NCBI RefSeq assembly: GCF_054482525.1 | Contig: NZ_CM137006.1 | DNA: 64,000 nucleotides | Strand: one strand, 5' to 3' | Shown: positions 53,365 through 63,526 of the stretch, one piece after another | How positions within the stretch are numbered: position 1 is the stretch's first letter | How the letters are laid out: each line of letters begins with the position of its first letter | Translations under genes and position numbers: made by a program | Notes under the pieces: generated by a model | What the model saw: only the letters and a program-made list of their open reading frames with translations | The model's database searches: none | Told to the model about the DNA's origin: nothing

Positions 53365-54990
53365 TTACACACACACTCCCCCCGTCGCCCGCAGCAATAA
53401 ATCATTCTGGATCTGCTCTGACAACCGTACGCCGCCGCGCGTATCTAACATCACCTGACACCACGCCTGCGCCATTGGCGGAGAGGCATATTTCAACATT
53501 TGCGCACCGCAGCCCAGCAGGAATAGCTGATGAGTAATCTCTCGCCCCAGTTCTTCAGCTGGCTTACGCAGCTGCTGCTGTAAACGACGAACCGCGCGAT
53601 CAAAATAGCGATCCTGCCCTTTCACTTCCACAAATGCTTCCGACAATAAGTCGTATACGCCCGCTTGCTTATTGAGAACGCGCAGCACATCCAGGCACAT
53701 AATATTGCCGGAACCTTCCCAAATACTGTTTACCGGCATCTCCCGGTAAAGCCGCGGCAGCTCGCTCTCCTCGCAATAACCAATGCCGCCCAGCACCTCC
53801 ATCGCTTCGGCCACAAACGGCATACCTCGTTTGCAGATCACAAATTTTGCCGCAGGCGTAAATAAACGCGCCCACAGGGCTTCTTTGGCATCGGCACGCC
53901 GGTCCCACGCTCGCGCAAGACGAAACAGCAACGCCGTTTGCCCTTCAAGCTGAAGTGCCATGCGACTTAAGACATGACGCATAAGGGGCTGTTGGATCAA
54001 TGGATTACCAAAAACATGGCGTTGATGTGCATGATAAATCGCCAGCGAAAATGCACGGCGCATCATGGCATGGCTACCCAGGGCGCAATCAAAACGCGTC
54101 ATCCCCCCCATTTTCAGGATCAGACGAATTCCTTCCCCTTCCTGCCCCAACAACCAGCCAATGGCATCCTGAAACTCCACTTCGCAGCTGGCGTTAGAGC
54201 GATTACCCAGCTTATCTTTCAGCCGCTCGAGGCGAATCGCGTTGCGTTGCCCGTCAGGCAAAAAGCGCGGCACAAAAAAGCAGGACAAACCGCCCGTAGT
54301 CTGCGCCAGCACCAGATGCGCATCGCTTTGCGGCACCGAGAAAAACCATTTATGCCCCACCAGCCGATAAGAGCCATCTTCCAGACGCTCTGCGCGGGTG
54401 GTGTTGCTCATGACATCGGAACCGCCCTGCTTTTCCGTCATTCCCATGCCAATCAACAAACCGCGTTTTTGCCCACCTGGCAATAAGTGAGAATCGTAGC
54501 GATCGCTCAACAGCGGCGTGGTCCAGTCCTGAAACGGCGTGGGTAACATCTGTAACAACAATGGCGTGGCGGCAAAGGTCATGGTTATCGGACATAACGA
54601 CCCTGCCTCAACCTGTGCGTGCAACATAAAACGCGCTGCGCGCGCCACAAATGCGCCGGAGCGAGCGTCTTCTTCCCAGGCAAGATTGTGCACCCGGTTG
54701 GTACATAGCGCCTGCATCAGCAAGTGCCAGGCGGGGTGAAAACGCACATCGTCCAGATGGCGTCCTTGCGCATCGTAGCGCAATAATTCAGGCGGATTCA
54801 CATTCGCCAGCCGCCCCAGTTCAAGAGATTCAGCCGTTCCTAACTGCTGACCAATACTGGCTAGAAAATCGCTATCCCAGCCAGCACCTTCACGCGTTAC
54901 CGCTTCACAGAGCGCGCCATCAGACAGGTATAAGTTACTGTTATTTAATGGTATAGGTTGATTAAAAACGGTGTGAGTTTGCCAGTGCAC
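53365..54990 (-). CDS. aidB: AidB (acyl-CoA dehydrogenase family, adaptive-response protein)
   Basis: 541 aa assuming GTG start at 54990. Confidence 0.93.
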   Translation of the reverse strand: MHWQTHTVFNQPIPLNNSNLYLSDGALCEAVTREGAGWDSDFLASIGQQLGTAESLELGRLANVNPPELLRYDAQGRHLDDVRFHPAWHLLMQALCTNRVHNLAWEEDARSGAFVARAARFMLHAQVEAGSLCPITMTFAATPLLLQMLPTPFQDWTTPLLSDRYDSHLLPGGQKRGLLIGMGMTEKQGGSDVMSNTTRAERLEDGSYRLVGHKWFFSVPQSDAHLVLAQTTGGLSCFFVPRFLPDGQRNAIRLERLKDKLGNRSNASCEVEFQDAIGWLLGQEGEGIRLILKMGGMTRFDCALGSHAMMRRAFSLAIYHAHQRHVFGNPLIQQPLMRHVLSRMALQLEGQTALLFRLARAWDRRADAKEALWARLFTPAAKFVICKRGMPFVAEAMEVLGGIGYCEESELPRLYREMPVNSIWEGSGNIMCLDVLRVLNKQAGVYDLLSEAFVEVKGQDRYFDRAVRRLQQQLRKPAEELGREITHQLFLLGCGAQMLKYASPPMAQAWCQVMLDTRGGVRLSEQIQNDLLLRATGGVCV

Positions 54991-55073
54991 TGTGTCTCCC
55001 TCCATCAATGGCAGTCACCCTTAGTATGGTCACTGCCATGGATTCCTGATAGAAAGAGATTGCTAAAACATTC

Positions 55074-56237
55074 TTATCCAGCAATGTAATGCGGAACGAA
55101 ACGTGAGGTGTCTTTGGTGATCAGCGTGTTATCTTCACGGATCCCCATTCCGCACGCTTCATCATCGACAATCCAGCTACCGATGAGTGTGTAGCTATCG
55201 CCAAATCGCGGCAGAGGTTGAAACGCCTGGTAGATCATCGGTTCATCGGCGTAATCACCATCAGCGTGGTCAACGACGTTATTCTGACCGTCGAAAATGG
55301 TGACATTGCCGCCTTCGCGCGAGTAGATCGGTTTACGCACATAGCTTTCGCCAGCGGCAATCTGCGATTTTTCACCCTCAAACCAGGATGCAAGAAGGTT
55401 AGGATGACCAGGGAAGAAGCGCCAAAGCAGTGGCATTAGCCCTTTATTACTCAAGATACTTTTCCATAACGGCTCCACCCATTGCTCGCGACGCTTGCGC
55501 AGCAGCGGACCGTTATCGTCACGCATCATCCACTCTAGCGGATACAGCTTAAATGCACGCTGGATGACATTATCATCAAGATCGGTCAGTACGCCGCCGA
55601 CGCCCAAACCGAGATCTTCAATGTAGATAAACCGCGACTCCTGCCCTGCCTGCTGGGCGCAGTCCTGCAAGTACAGCACGGTACTCCTGTCTTCATCGGT
55701 GTCCTGACAGCAGCAAAAATAAAACGGTTCCCGACTGTAAAGCTCACTAAAGCGCGAAATCAGGCGTTCCTGAATAGCATTGTACTGATCGGCATCACGC
55801 GGAATAATGCCGCTGCGCCGGGCATCCTCCAGCCACAGCCACTGGAAATAAGCCGATTCATACAACGAGGTTGGCGTATCGGCGTTGTACTCCAGCAGCT
55901 TCACCGGCGCATTGCCACACCAGGCAAAATCCATCCGGCCATAGAGCGAAGGATCGCGTGCGCGCCAGCTTTCGGCGATCACATCCCAGTACAACGGCGG
56001 GATCGCCAGTTGCGTCAGGATCTCTTCGTCTTTAACCGCGCGATCCACCACCTCAAGGCACATCTGATGCAGTTCCGCAGTTGGTTTTTCGATCTGCTCT
56101 TCAATCTGACGCAGGGTAAAGCGGTAAGCCCGACTCTCATCCCAATAGATTTCATTGTCGATGATATGAAAGTCGAAACCGTTGTCAGCGGCGATCTGGT
56201 CCAGATCCCACCGTACAGGAACGTTGTGTCTCAGCAT
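55074..56237 (-). CDS. yjfC: glutathionylspermidine-synthase-like ATP-grasp protein
   Basis: 387 aa from internal Met. Confidence 0.9.
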   Translation of the reverse strand: MLRHNVPVRWDLDQIAADNGFDFHIIDNEIYWDESRAYRFTLRQIEEQIEKPTAELHQMCLEVVDRAVKDEEILTQLAIPPLYWDVIAESWRARDPSLYGRMDFAWCGNAPVKLLEYNADTPTSLYESAYFQWLWLEDARRSGIIPRDADQYNAIQERLISRFSELYSREPFYFCCCQDTDEDRSTVLYLQDCAQQAGQESRFIYIEDLGLGVGGVLTDLDDNVIQRAFKLYPLEWMMRDDNGPLLRKRREQWVEPLWKSILSNKGLMPLLWRFFPGHPNLLASWFEGEKSQIAAGESYVRKPIYSREGGNVTIFDGQNNVVDHADGDYADEPMIYQAFQPLPRFGDSYTLIGSWIVDDEACGMGIREDNTLITKDTSRFVPHYIAG

Positions 56238-56239
56238 GA

Positions 56240-56878
56240 TTAGCCTCCCCAATGCCCACGGGCGCTGGAAGAACGACCATAGCCGCCGCGAGAAACGGTT
56301 GACGCTTTTTTGGTGGTAAAGCCGCCCGAAGAATAGGACTCTTTTTTGCCAGAACCGGAGCGCCAGGAGTAATCACCGGAAGTGTTGCGCCAGACGGGGC
56401 GCGAAGCAAAAGAGGAACCGCCGCTGTTATACACAAACTGCTCGTCGCGATCTTTACGAATAACCCGGCTTAACAAAAATCCAGAAACAACCGGGATCCA
56501 ACTCTGTTCAACGTTGTCGTAGTAACAATTTTCATACTTAGACTGACAATTCTGCTGAGTCATATTCTTCGGAACATCGGCATAAAACGCCGCTTTGGCG
56601 TTGTTCCAGCCATGAGCACAGATATCTGAATTATTACCGTCATCAATACAATCCTGCACAGTCGAGTAAAACGTTCCGTCGCCGTCGTTATCGACATCGC
56701 CACTATCGCCACAACCTTTCAATACGAAAAAAGCGGCACCGCCCATTAGCGCCAACGTTAAGTATTTTTGTGCGTAACGATTGCGACGCGGTTCAAAAGG
56801 ATTATTCGGTCTACCAATGCGACTGATCGCTCCGTGACCAATTTTACTGTTATTTCTTGATTTGCGTTTTCTGGCCAT
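56240..56878 (-). CDS. yjfM: DUF1190-family protein, Gly/Ser-rich C-terminus
   Basis: 212 aa. Confidence 0.88.
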   Translation of the reverse strand: MARKRKSRNNSKIGHGAISRIGRPNNPFEPRRNRYAQKYLTLALMGGAAFFVLKGCGDSGDVDNDGDGTFYSTVQDCIDDGNNSDICAHGWNNAKAAFYADVPKNMTQQNCQSKYENCYYDNVEQSWIPVVSGFLLSRVIRKDRDEQFVYNSGGSSFASRPVWRNTSGDYSWRSGSGKKESYSSGGFTTKKASTVSRGGYGRSSSARGHWGG

Positions 56879-56887
56879 GATCGTCCA

Positions 56888-57286
56888 TTACCATGTCATA
56901 CAAGCTGCGTTAAAAATACCGCCAGCCAGTGCGGCGGTTCCCATAAACATTCCTGCTGCGGTATTGTGATTAATAATTTTTTCGCTTAATGCGGGCATAT
57001 AAAGTCTGACGCCAGCAAAAACGAGTAACTGAATCACCAGTGCGATCCCGCCCCAGGCGAAATAGTCTGGAATACTCACCGCATTGATTGCCGCACTGGA
57101 TAAGGGGATCACGTAACCCAACAATGTACCGCTGAACGCCAGTGACGCCGCGGTATTATTGTTTTTGATTAACTGCCATTCGTTGTGCGGTGTAATTTTA
57201 GAATAGATAAACAGAAAAATAATCACCATAGCCACGCCAATAAAAAAATAGGCACTAAAGGCAAGAAGAGAATCCAGTATATGCAT
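56888..57286 (-). CDS. yjfL: DUF350-family inner membrane protein
   Basis: 132 aa from internal Met; four hydrophobic helices. Confidence 0.88.
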   Translation of the reverse strand: MHILDSLLAFSAYFFIGVAMVIIFLFIYSKITPHNEWQLIKNNNTAASLAFSGTLLGYVIPLSSAAINAVSIPDYFAWGGIALVIQLLVFAGVRLYMPALSEKIINHNTAAGMFMGTAALAGGIFNAACMTW

Positions 57287-57303
57287 TGTAAACGTCCTTG
57301 TAA

Positions 57304-57963
57304 TTAACCAATAATATGAAGTGATGTCAGCGGGATATCGACACCCAACGCGCGCGAAAATAACCACTCTGGCTCGCCGAGATCGTTAAAAGATTCCTCA
57401 CCATTTAGCAGCAAATATTCGTAAGTATCTTCGGTTACTTGCCGTTGGTAGCCCATGGTAAAATTATGTACTTCCCATTTGGCATGGTTTTGATTTTCTA
57501 CTTTTTCCAGCATGTAGACGGGTTCGATATTTCCCGGTTCTTCGCTGTTAAAAAATCGCTGCCAGCGTTTTTCCTGCCAGTTTAAGGTCATTGCCCCCAT
57601 CGCTTTGGCATTGATCGTCTCGCGCCAGTGACTCTCTTTACTGATACCGTAGCTCTCTTCATAGACAAAGAGCTTGATATCATCAATGTCATCAATATTT
57701 TCGCCGCCGGTGGTATTGATTTGCAGAAACTCATCGCCTGAAGTGTAGTAGCGGAAAATCTGGCTACCGCCGCCCAGATCGATGTGACTGACAGCGGCTA
57801 CCGTAAATTCCTCACCCGGCAGCGCAATCAGCAATTCATCTTCCAGCAAACGAAACGCTAACGTGTCGAGCGTAAAGCCACTATTGAGATGCAGACCCAG
57901 CGGACCGCGAGCGATAGCAGGCTTATTATCCTTGCCAAACAGACGCTGGAAAAAACCAGACAT
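57304..57963 (-). CDS. yjfK: DUF2491-family protein
   Basis: 219 aa. Confidence 0.88.
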   Translation of the reverse strand: MSGFFQRLFGKDNKPAIARGPLGLHLNSGFTLDTLAFRLLEDELLIALPGEEFTVAAVSHIDLGGGSQIFRYYTSGDEFLQINTTGGENIDDIDDIKLFVYEESYGISKESHWRETINAKAMGAMTLNWQEKRWQRFFNSEEPGNIEPVYMLEKVENQNHAKWEVHNFTMGYQRQVTEDTYEYLLLNGEESFNDLGEPEWLFSRALGVDIPLTSLHIIG

Positions 57964-58013
57964 ATTTTATCCTTAAAATAGTTGCCAGCCTTGCAGTGAG
58001 GCTGGCAAAAAAA

Positions 58014-58712
58014 TTACTCGCCCTGTTGGCGTTGCAGTCTTGCTAATACATCCTGGGCGCTACTTTTATTGCTACCGCCTATTCCGGCTTCCGCCAGCTT
58101 TTCATCAAGATCGCGACCGTCTGCGACTTTTTCCAACTGTGCAGCAGCATCCAGGCGAGCCTGACGTTCGGCCTGACGCGTTTGCAGGCGTTTTAAGGAT
58201 TCTGCCGCTGTCGAAACGCTGGAAGATGCGCCAACGGTAGAGGTCGTTACAGCCTGTTGTGCACGCTGCATGGCTTCAGTGGCTTTAACGACTTCCATTT
58301 GCTGCTCAAACTGAGCGATACGCTGCGCTGTCGCTGTAACTGCTTTTTCCACGCCATCACGGGAGACTTCCAGATTCGACAACACTTGCTCTTCAGCGGT
58401 AATGAGATTCTCAAGGCGCGCGATTTCTTCAGCAACTTCGTTAATCAACGACGGATTAACGTTCTTGCTTAACGCTTCCAGCGCACGAGCTTCCAGACTG
58501 GCTTTGCGCTCACGTAAATCTTTCAGCTTATCGTGACTTAATTTCACCCGCGCCAGCAGATCAACGCGAGATTTTCCGGCTTTATCGAGTTCAGCTTTAG
58601 CGTCACGAATATGCTGTTCCAGCATGCGCACGCCCTGGGTTTCTTCAATGGATTCTTCCGCTTGGGAGATAAACGATTTCCCCAGCGTAAATAAACTTTT
58701 TAAAATTCCCAT
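58014..58712 (-). CDS. yjfJ: PspA/IM30-family coiled-coil protein
   Basis: 232 aa; heptad-rich, Ala/Glu/Gln/Arg-rich coiled-coil. Confidence 0.9.
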   Translation of the reverse strand: MGILKSLFTLGKSFISQAEESIEETQGVRMLEQHIRDAKAELDKAGKSRVDLLARVKLSHDKLKDLRERKASLEARALEALSKNVNPSLINEVAEEIARLENLITAEEQVLSNLEVSRDGVEKAVTATAQRIAQFEQQMEVVKATEAMQRAQQAVTTSTVGASSSVSTAAESLKRLQTRQAERQARLDAAAQLEKVADGRDLDEKLAEAGIGGSNKSSAQDVLARLQRQQGE

Positions 58713-58730
58713 AAATACCCGTCCTTGTAA

Positions 58731-59132
58731 TTAGTGTGAATATTCTTCTGTAATTTCAGCCAGATCCAATGCGTTATCTACCAGCGAGGTTATCTCAAGC
58801 AGGATATCTTCAAGAGAAGATTTAAGCGATAACGCCCCGAAAACAATGTAATACTCTTCCTGTTGTACGCTGGAGATCCCTACCGATGACAACGGCATCA
58901 TCTTCTGATTTCTTAATAAGAAGGTATTAAATTCATCTGGATTGCTGATACTACTTACCGGACAAATAAAGGTTTCGATAATCATTTGGCGGGAAGTAAA
59001 TAGAATATTGATTTGCAAATCGCCATAATCATTCATTTTAATAGTTAATGCGTTCTCGCCATTTGTTACATCAATATTTTGTTCAGGTACAGTTTGCAGC
59101 GCCGTCGCCAGCACCAACGGATTCCATGTCAT
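58731..59132 (-). CDS. yjfI: DUF2170-family protein
   Basis: 133 aa. Confidence 0.88.
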   Translation of the reverse strand: MTWNPLVLATALQTVPEQNIDVTNGENALTIKMNDYGDLQINILFTSRQMIIETFICPVSSISNPDEFNTFLLRNQKMMPLSSVGISSVQQEEYYIVFGALSLKSSLEDILLEITSLVDNALDLAEITEEYSH

Positions 59133-59211
59133 ATATTATTCCATATAAATTAAGTTTAAATATTAATAAAATGAATATTTGCAGTACGTAATTATCTTAC
59201 CAGCTAAACAC

Positions 59212-59239
59212 AAAAAAAAAACCATCCAAATCTGGATGG
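59212..59239 (-). terminator. rho-independent terminator (minus strand) downstream of dehydratase gene
   Basis: ccatcca/tggatgg stem with 4-nt loop followed on minus strand by T10. Confidence 0.6.
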
Positions 59240-59323
59240 CTATTTAGAAGAACCAAAAATTTAACGCTATGCATACGATAAAAAATGCGCCAGTCTACAT
59301 ACGCTGACGCTAATGATTAGTCA

Positions 59324-60925
59324 CTACAAGTCTAACGACCGCTTCCACAACATAAAGTCAAACTGTTCAAGTTTGTCTGCCTTCACGACGTAGTCCTTAC
59401 TGGCAGTTTCAATAACTTTTTCAAATAATTCTCTACTCACATCTTCCAGCGGAGTGCCGTCAATCACTGGGCCACAGTCGAAATCAATCATGTCAGACAA
59501 TCGTCTGGCAATCGTGCTGTTGGTGGATATTTTTAACACCGGAACAATCGGGTTACCGGTGGGCGTACCAAGACCCGTCGAGAAGATAACCACATTACAT
59601 CCTGCTGCTACCAATCCGGTTACCGCGTCCACGTCATTGCCCGGAGTACACACCAACGATAATCCACTATCGGGCATCGGTTCAGCGTAATCGCATACAC
59701 TCACAATTGGCGCTCGCCCGCCTTTTTTCGCTGCTCCGGTAGATTTTATTGCGTCAGTAATCAACCCATCCGCAATGTTGCCAAAACTTGGGTTATCCGC
59801 AATGGTGGTATCGAAAAAGTTCGCTGTCTTTTCGTAGCCTTGCATTAGATTGAGGAACTTTTTTTTATCCTCAAGATTAATACAACGCTTAACCATATCA
59901 CCTTCTGCCCCACATAATTCTGGAAATTCTGCTAACCCGGAAGCGCCACCAAGCGTTGTCAACCAGTCAGAAACCAGCCCCATTGCAGGGTTGCCGGAGA
60001 TACCAGAAAAACCATCGGAACCACCACACTTCATCCCCACTTTGAGACAGGAAAGAGGGACCTCTACTCTTTCTGTCGGCTTCACCGCTTTCATTGCCTC
60101 GAAAGTCTGCTGTAAAGCGGTCTGCATCATCCGCTCTTCGCTGTCCCACTCCTGTTGGAGAAAGTAGAGCGCAGGTTTATCAAATTCAGGATTACGTCTC
60201 GCCAGCGCATCCTTAAACATTTTCTGCTGCGCTTTTTCACATCCTAAACTGAATACCGTCATACCGATTACATTCGGATGGTCAGCATAAGCAGCTAATA
60301 CATCGCACATAGTTTCACAGTCTGAAGTTGCACCACCACAACCACTGGTGACCGTAATACAGCGAACACCTTCAATATGCGGGAACATTCTCGCGGTTTC
60401 GATCAGTTCATCGCTACCGGACGTCAGATTAAGAGCAAACTTTTTCAGTGAGTTATTGGTATAACCCAAAGCATCATTCAAAGCATTGGTTAACTTACTG
60501 ACATTACGGTTCTCGCAAAATACCAATGGAAAGACTAACCAGTAACTGGCAGTACCCACTCTGCCATCGTCACGGACATAACCTTTAAAAGTGCGGGTGC
60601 TCCATTCAGAGACATCCGGTGCCTGCCAGTGGTAGGGTTCAACATCCTCCAGTGTGACAGGAGCTGCATAGTGGCGAATATTATCAACGGTAATCGCTTC
60701 TCCCTTAACGATGGGACGCGTGGCCTTGCCAACTGGCGTACCGTACATCGAAACAATGCCATCCAGAGGAATATCTTGCGTCGCAAACTTATGTTTAGCC
60801 TTAACATCAGTTACTAACGTTATGTTGTCGTCATCCCACGAGTACGATTCTCCAGCGTGCAGGTCTTTCAACGCGACAATGAGATTATCGTTACTGTCGA
60901 TACGTAATATTTTTTGCATAATCAT
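59324..60925 (-). CDS. UxaA/GarD-family sugar-acid dehydratase (altronate / galactarate dehydratase-like)
   Basis: 533 aa; N-terminus resembles UxaA (MQYIKIHALDNVAVAL-type SAF region); Cys-rich central region; length between UxaA and GarD. Confidence 0.75.
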   Translation of the reverse strand: MIMQKILRIDSNDNLIVALKDLHAGESYSWDDDNITLVTDVKAKHKFATQDIPLDGIVSMYGTPVGKATRPIVKGEAITVDNIRHYAAPVTLEDVEPYHWQAPDVSEWSTRTFKGYVRDDGRVGTASYWLVFPLVFCENRNVSKLTNALNDALGYTNNSLKKFALNLTSGSDELIETARMFPHIEGVRCITVTSGCGGATSDCETMCDVLAAYADHPNVIGMTVFSLGCEKAQQKMFKDALARRNPEFDKPALYFLQQEWDSEERMMQTALQQTFEAMKAVKPTERVEVPLSCLKVGMKCGGSDGFSGISGNPAMGLVSDWLTTLGGASGLAEFPELCGAEGDMVKRCINLEDKKKFLNLMQGYEKTANFFDTTIADNPSFGNIADGLITDAIKSTGAAKKGGRAPIVSVCDYAEPMPDSGLSLVCTPGNDVDAVTGLVAAGCNVVIFSTGLGTPTGNPIVPVLKISTNSTIARRLSDMIDFDCGPVIDGTPLEDVSRELFEKVIETASKDYVVKADKLEQFDFMLWKRSLDL

Positions 60926-60952
60926 ATTCTTCCAGTCAGATGTTCAATCTTA

Positions 60953-62254
60953 TTAACTGTATGCTTTTGCTGCCTGTTGGCTCTTTTGCAGCAATCCAAT
61001 CAATAATGCGCAGCCGATAGTAATTACAGACAACGCCATCAATCCGGCGATGCTGCTATCCATTGCCCGATCAACCTCAACACGGATAAGAGGAGCAAGG
61101 AACGAGCAGAAAGCGCCCATCGTGGTGCAAAAACCGATCCCCGCAGCCAGTGCCGGACCAGTAAGAAGTTGTGGAGGGAAAGTCCAGAATATTGGCTGTA
61201 CTGAGAGGAAACCAACCGCACTTAAACAAAGTGCACCAATCGCCACAACAGGCCCCGCAAATGCGGAAAGGGCAAGGCCGACAGCAGCAGCCAACATACA
61301 CATAACCGAAATGGCCACACGCCGGGAAGGATTGCGGTCAGCAATTCGCGGAATGTAATAGACGCCAAAAGCAGAGCACGCCCATGGTATTGCCGCGACT
61401 AATGACTGCTTAAAGCCAAGGCTTTCTCCCATCAGCGATGCAACCTGTGACGGAAGGAAAAACATTAAACCATATACTGATATCTGGATGGTGCCGTAGA
61501 TTAATGCCAGATGCCAAACTTTGGCATTTTTCAATGCTGAAATCACTGAACTGGTTTCTGTTTTCTGTCGTTCAGATTCCAGTTGCTTATTCAAAGCGTC
61601 TTTTTCTTCCTGGGTAAGAAATCGCGCTTTCGTCGGATTATCATCAAGGTAGAACCAGGCAAAGATACCAAGCACTAATGCCGGCAATCCCTCAATGACA
61701 AACATCCAGAACCATCCTGGACGTCCCATCCAGCCATGTAGTTCAAGTAAAGCTCCCGATATTGGCGAACCGAGCGTTAACGCCAGCGGCACCCCCAACA
61801 CAAATATTCCCACGACCGATCCGCGAACCTTGTTAGGAAAATAAATGGATGCGAGCAGTAAAATGCCGGGATAGAACCCCGCCTCGCCCAGCCCTAACAG
61901 AAAGCGCAAAATAATAAATTGCGTTTCACTGGTGACAAATCCCGTCATTGCCGAGAGAAGGCCCCAAATTGCAGTTGTAATACTTAACCACTTTTGTGCG
62001 CCGATTTTATTGAGGATCAGGTTAGCTGGAATGCCGAAAAGTGCATAGGCAGCGAAAAATATTCCTGCACCGAGAGCGAATGCCGACTCTGATAATCCAA
62101 TATCCAGTTTCATTGCATCTTTGGCAAAGCCAACATTTACCCGATCAATAAAGGCAACAAAATACATTATGAACATTAAGGGTACTAAACGTTTCCACGA
62201 TTTTTGAATTGCGGAATTCAACAGCGGATTATCGTATTGGGTTATATTAGCCAT
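60953..62254 (-). CDS. ACS-family MFS transporter (hexuronate/aldarate transporter-like)
   Basis: 433 aa; N-terminal FIDRVNVGFA motif typical of ExuT/GudP/GarP-type transporters. Confidence 0.75.
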   Translation of the reverse strand: MANITQYDNPLLNSAIQKSWKRLVPLMFIMYFVAFIDRVNVGFAKDAMKLDIGLSESAFALGAGIFFAAYALFGIPANLILNKIGAQKWLSITTAIWGLLSAMTGFVTSETQFIILRFLLGLGEAGFYPGILLLASIYFPNKVRGSVVGIFVLGVPLALTLGSPISGALLELHGWMGRPGWFWMFVIEGLPALVLGIFAWFYLDDNPTKARFLTQEEKDALNKQLESERQKTETSSVISALKNAKVWHLALIYGTIQISVYGLMFFLPSQVASLMGESLGFKQSLVAAIPWACSAFGVYYIPRIADRNPSRRVAISVMCMLAAAVGLALSAFAGPVVAIGALCLSAVGFLSVQPIFWTFPPQLLTGPALAAGIGFCTTMGAFCSFLAPLIRVEVDRAMDSSIAGLMALSVITIGCALLIGLLQKSQQAAKAYS

Positions 62255-62304
62255 AAATAAATCCTTAGTTCTGTTGGTAAGATATTCTATTTATAGGTTT
62301 TATA

Positions 62305-63198
62305 TTATTTATAATAATCGGTGACAGATAAAATTTCCTGCAATCTCCGGGATTGAATATCATCAAGTATATTAAATGGTGAAGAACACCGTTCTGATTG
62401 AATAACCCCCTTTAACTGAAGGGCTTTTTTGAAAGTGGGAATAAAAGGAGAATTCACGCTGTAAACGGCCATTAGTTGATCGACTATCTGCTGATGCTGC
62501 GCGACTGCAAGTAAATCGTCATTCATGAATGCTTGCATCCAGGAGGCAAAAAATTCAGGGACAATATTGGATAAACCACCAATACAGCCATCTCCACCAG
62601 ATAGTATGTTGTGGGCAAAATTATTGTCATATCCTGCATACACTTCAAAATGAGGGATATTTTTCTTTACGGTATTGATAACCTGCGCAGTATGGAAAGC
62701 ATCAGGGACGGTATCTTTCATACCAATAATATTGGGATACTTATCTGCCAGTCGTAAACAAATCTCTGGTGATACGCTGTACCCGGTTCTCTCCGGGAAG
62801 TTATAAATAAAAATATGAGCCGGGGTTTGGCTTGCAATCGTACTGTAGAAATCAAAAATAGCTTCATCATCCAGAGGGAAATAATAAGGACTGATGATCA
62901 TCACACCATCCAATCCTTGCTCCCAGGCGTAATTGGCCAGTGATATTGATTCATTGACGTCCATGCGACTGGCTCCGGCATAAGCCTTCATATCGCCTCG
63001 GGAAAACTCACTACAGGTTTTAATCATTTGGCGGGCGTTTTCCATATTAAGCGAAAAAAACTCACCAGTACTGCCCATCACAACAAACCCGGACACGTGA
63101 TTTTTAATAAAATCATAAACCTGAGTGTTTTGCTCTGGATCGATTCGCCCTTGTTCATCAAATATGGTGACAACGGGGGTTATGTAACGACTTTTCAT
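62305..63198 (-). CDS. DapA/NAL-family Schiff-base lyase (candidate 2-keto-3-deoxy sugar-acid aldolase or 5-dehydro-4-deoxyglucarate dehydratase)
   Basis: 297 aa; GSTGE motif, YNFPERTGY motif and catalytic-lysine context IGMKDT match the DHDPS/NAL family. Confidence 0.75.
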   Translation of the reverse strand: MKSRYITPVVTIFDEQGRIDPEQNTQVYDFIKNHVSGFVVMGSTGEFFSLNMENARQMIKTCSEFSRGDMKAYAGASRMDVNESISLANYAWEQGLDGVMIISPYYFPLDDEAIFDFYSTIASQTPAHIFIYNFPERTGYSVSPEICLRLADKYPNIIGMKDTVPDAFHTAQVINTVKKNIPHFEVYAGYDNNFAHNILSGGDGCIGGLSNIVPEFFASWMQAFMNDDLLAVAQHQQIVDQLMAVYSVNSPFIPTFKKALQLKGVIQSERCSSPFNILDDIQSRRLQEILSVTDYYK

Positions 63199-63526
63199 GC
63201 CTACCTCATCATAGTTTTATTGTTCATATATACAAACAACGTTTTTAAATACAAACTAAAATGAGTATACCCAACCTCAGAAATGAGTCAAATTTAGCCA
63301 ATCACAGAAGTAATACACATAAGATATTGATATATTTGGAGTAATTATGCAGGGGGCCTGCATAAAAAACAATCACAGTTCTTTTTTTATCCGTTTTATG
63401 ACCAGTATCACGCTAAAAAAGGACTGATGGGGTCAACAGCAGTCAAGGAACGCGAGGGGGTTAATTTACTTGAATTATAATTCTCCCTAGAATGGTGCAT
63501 TACTCATGGTAAGGGAAATAGTCATT

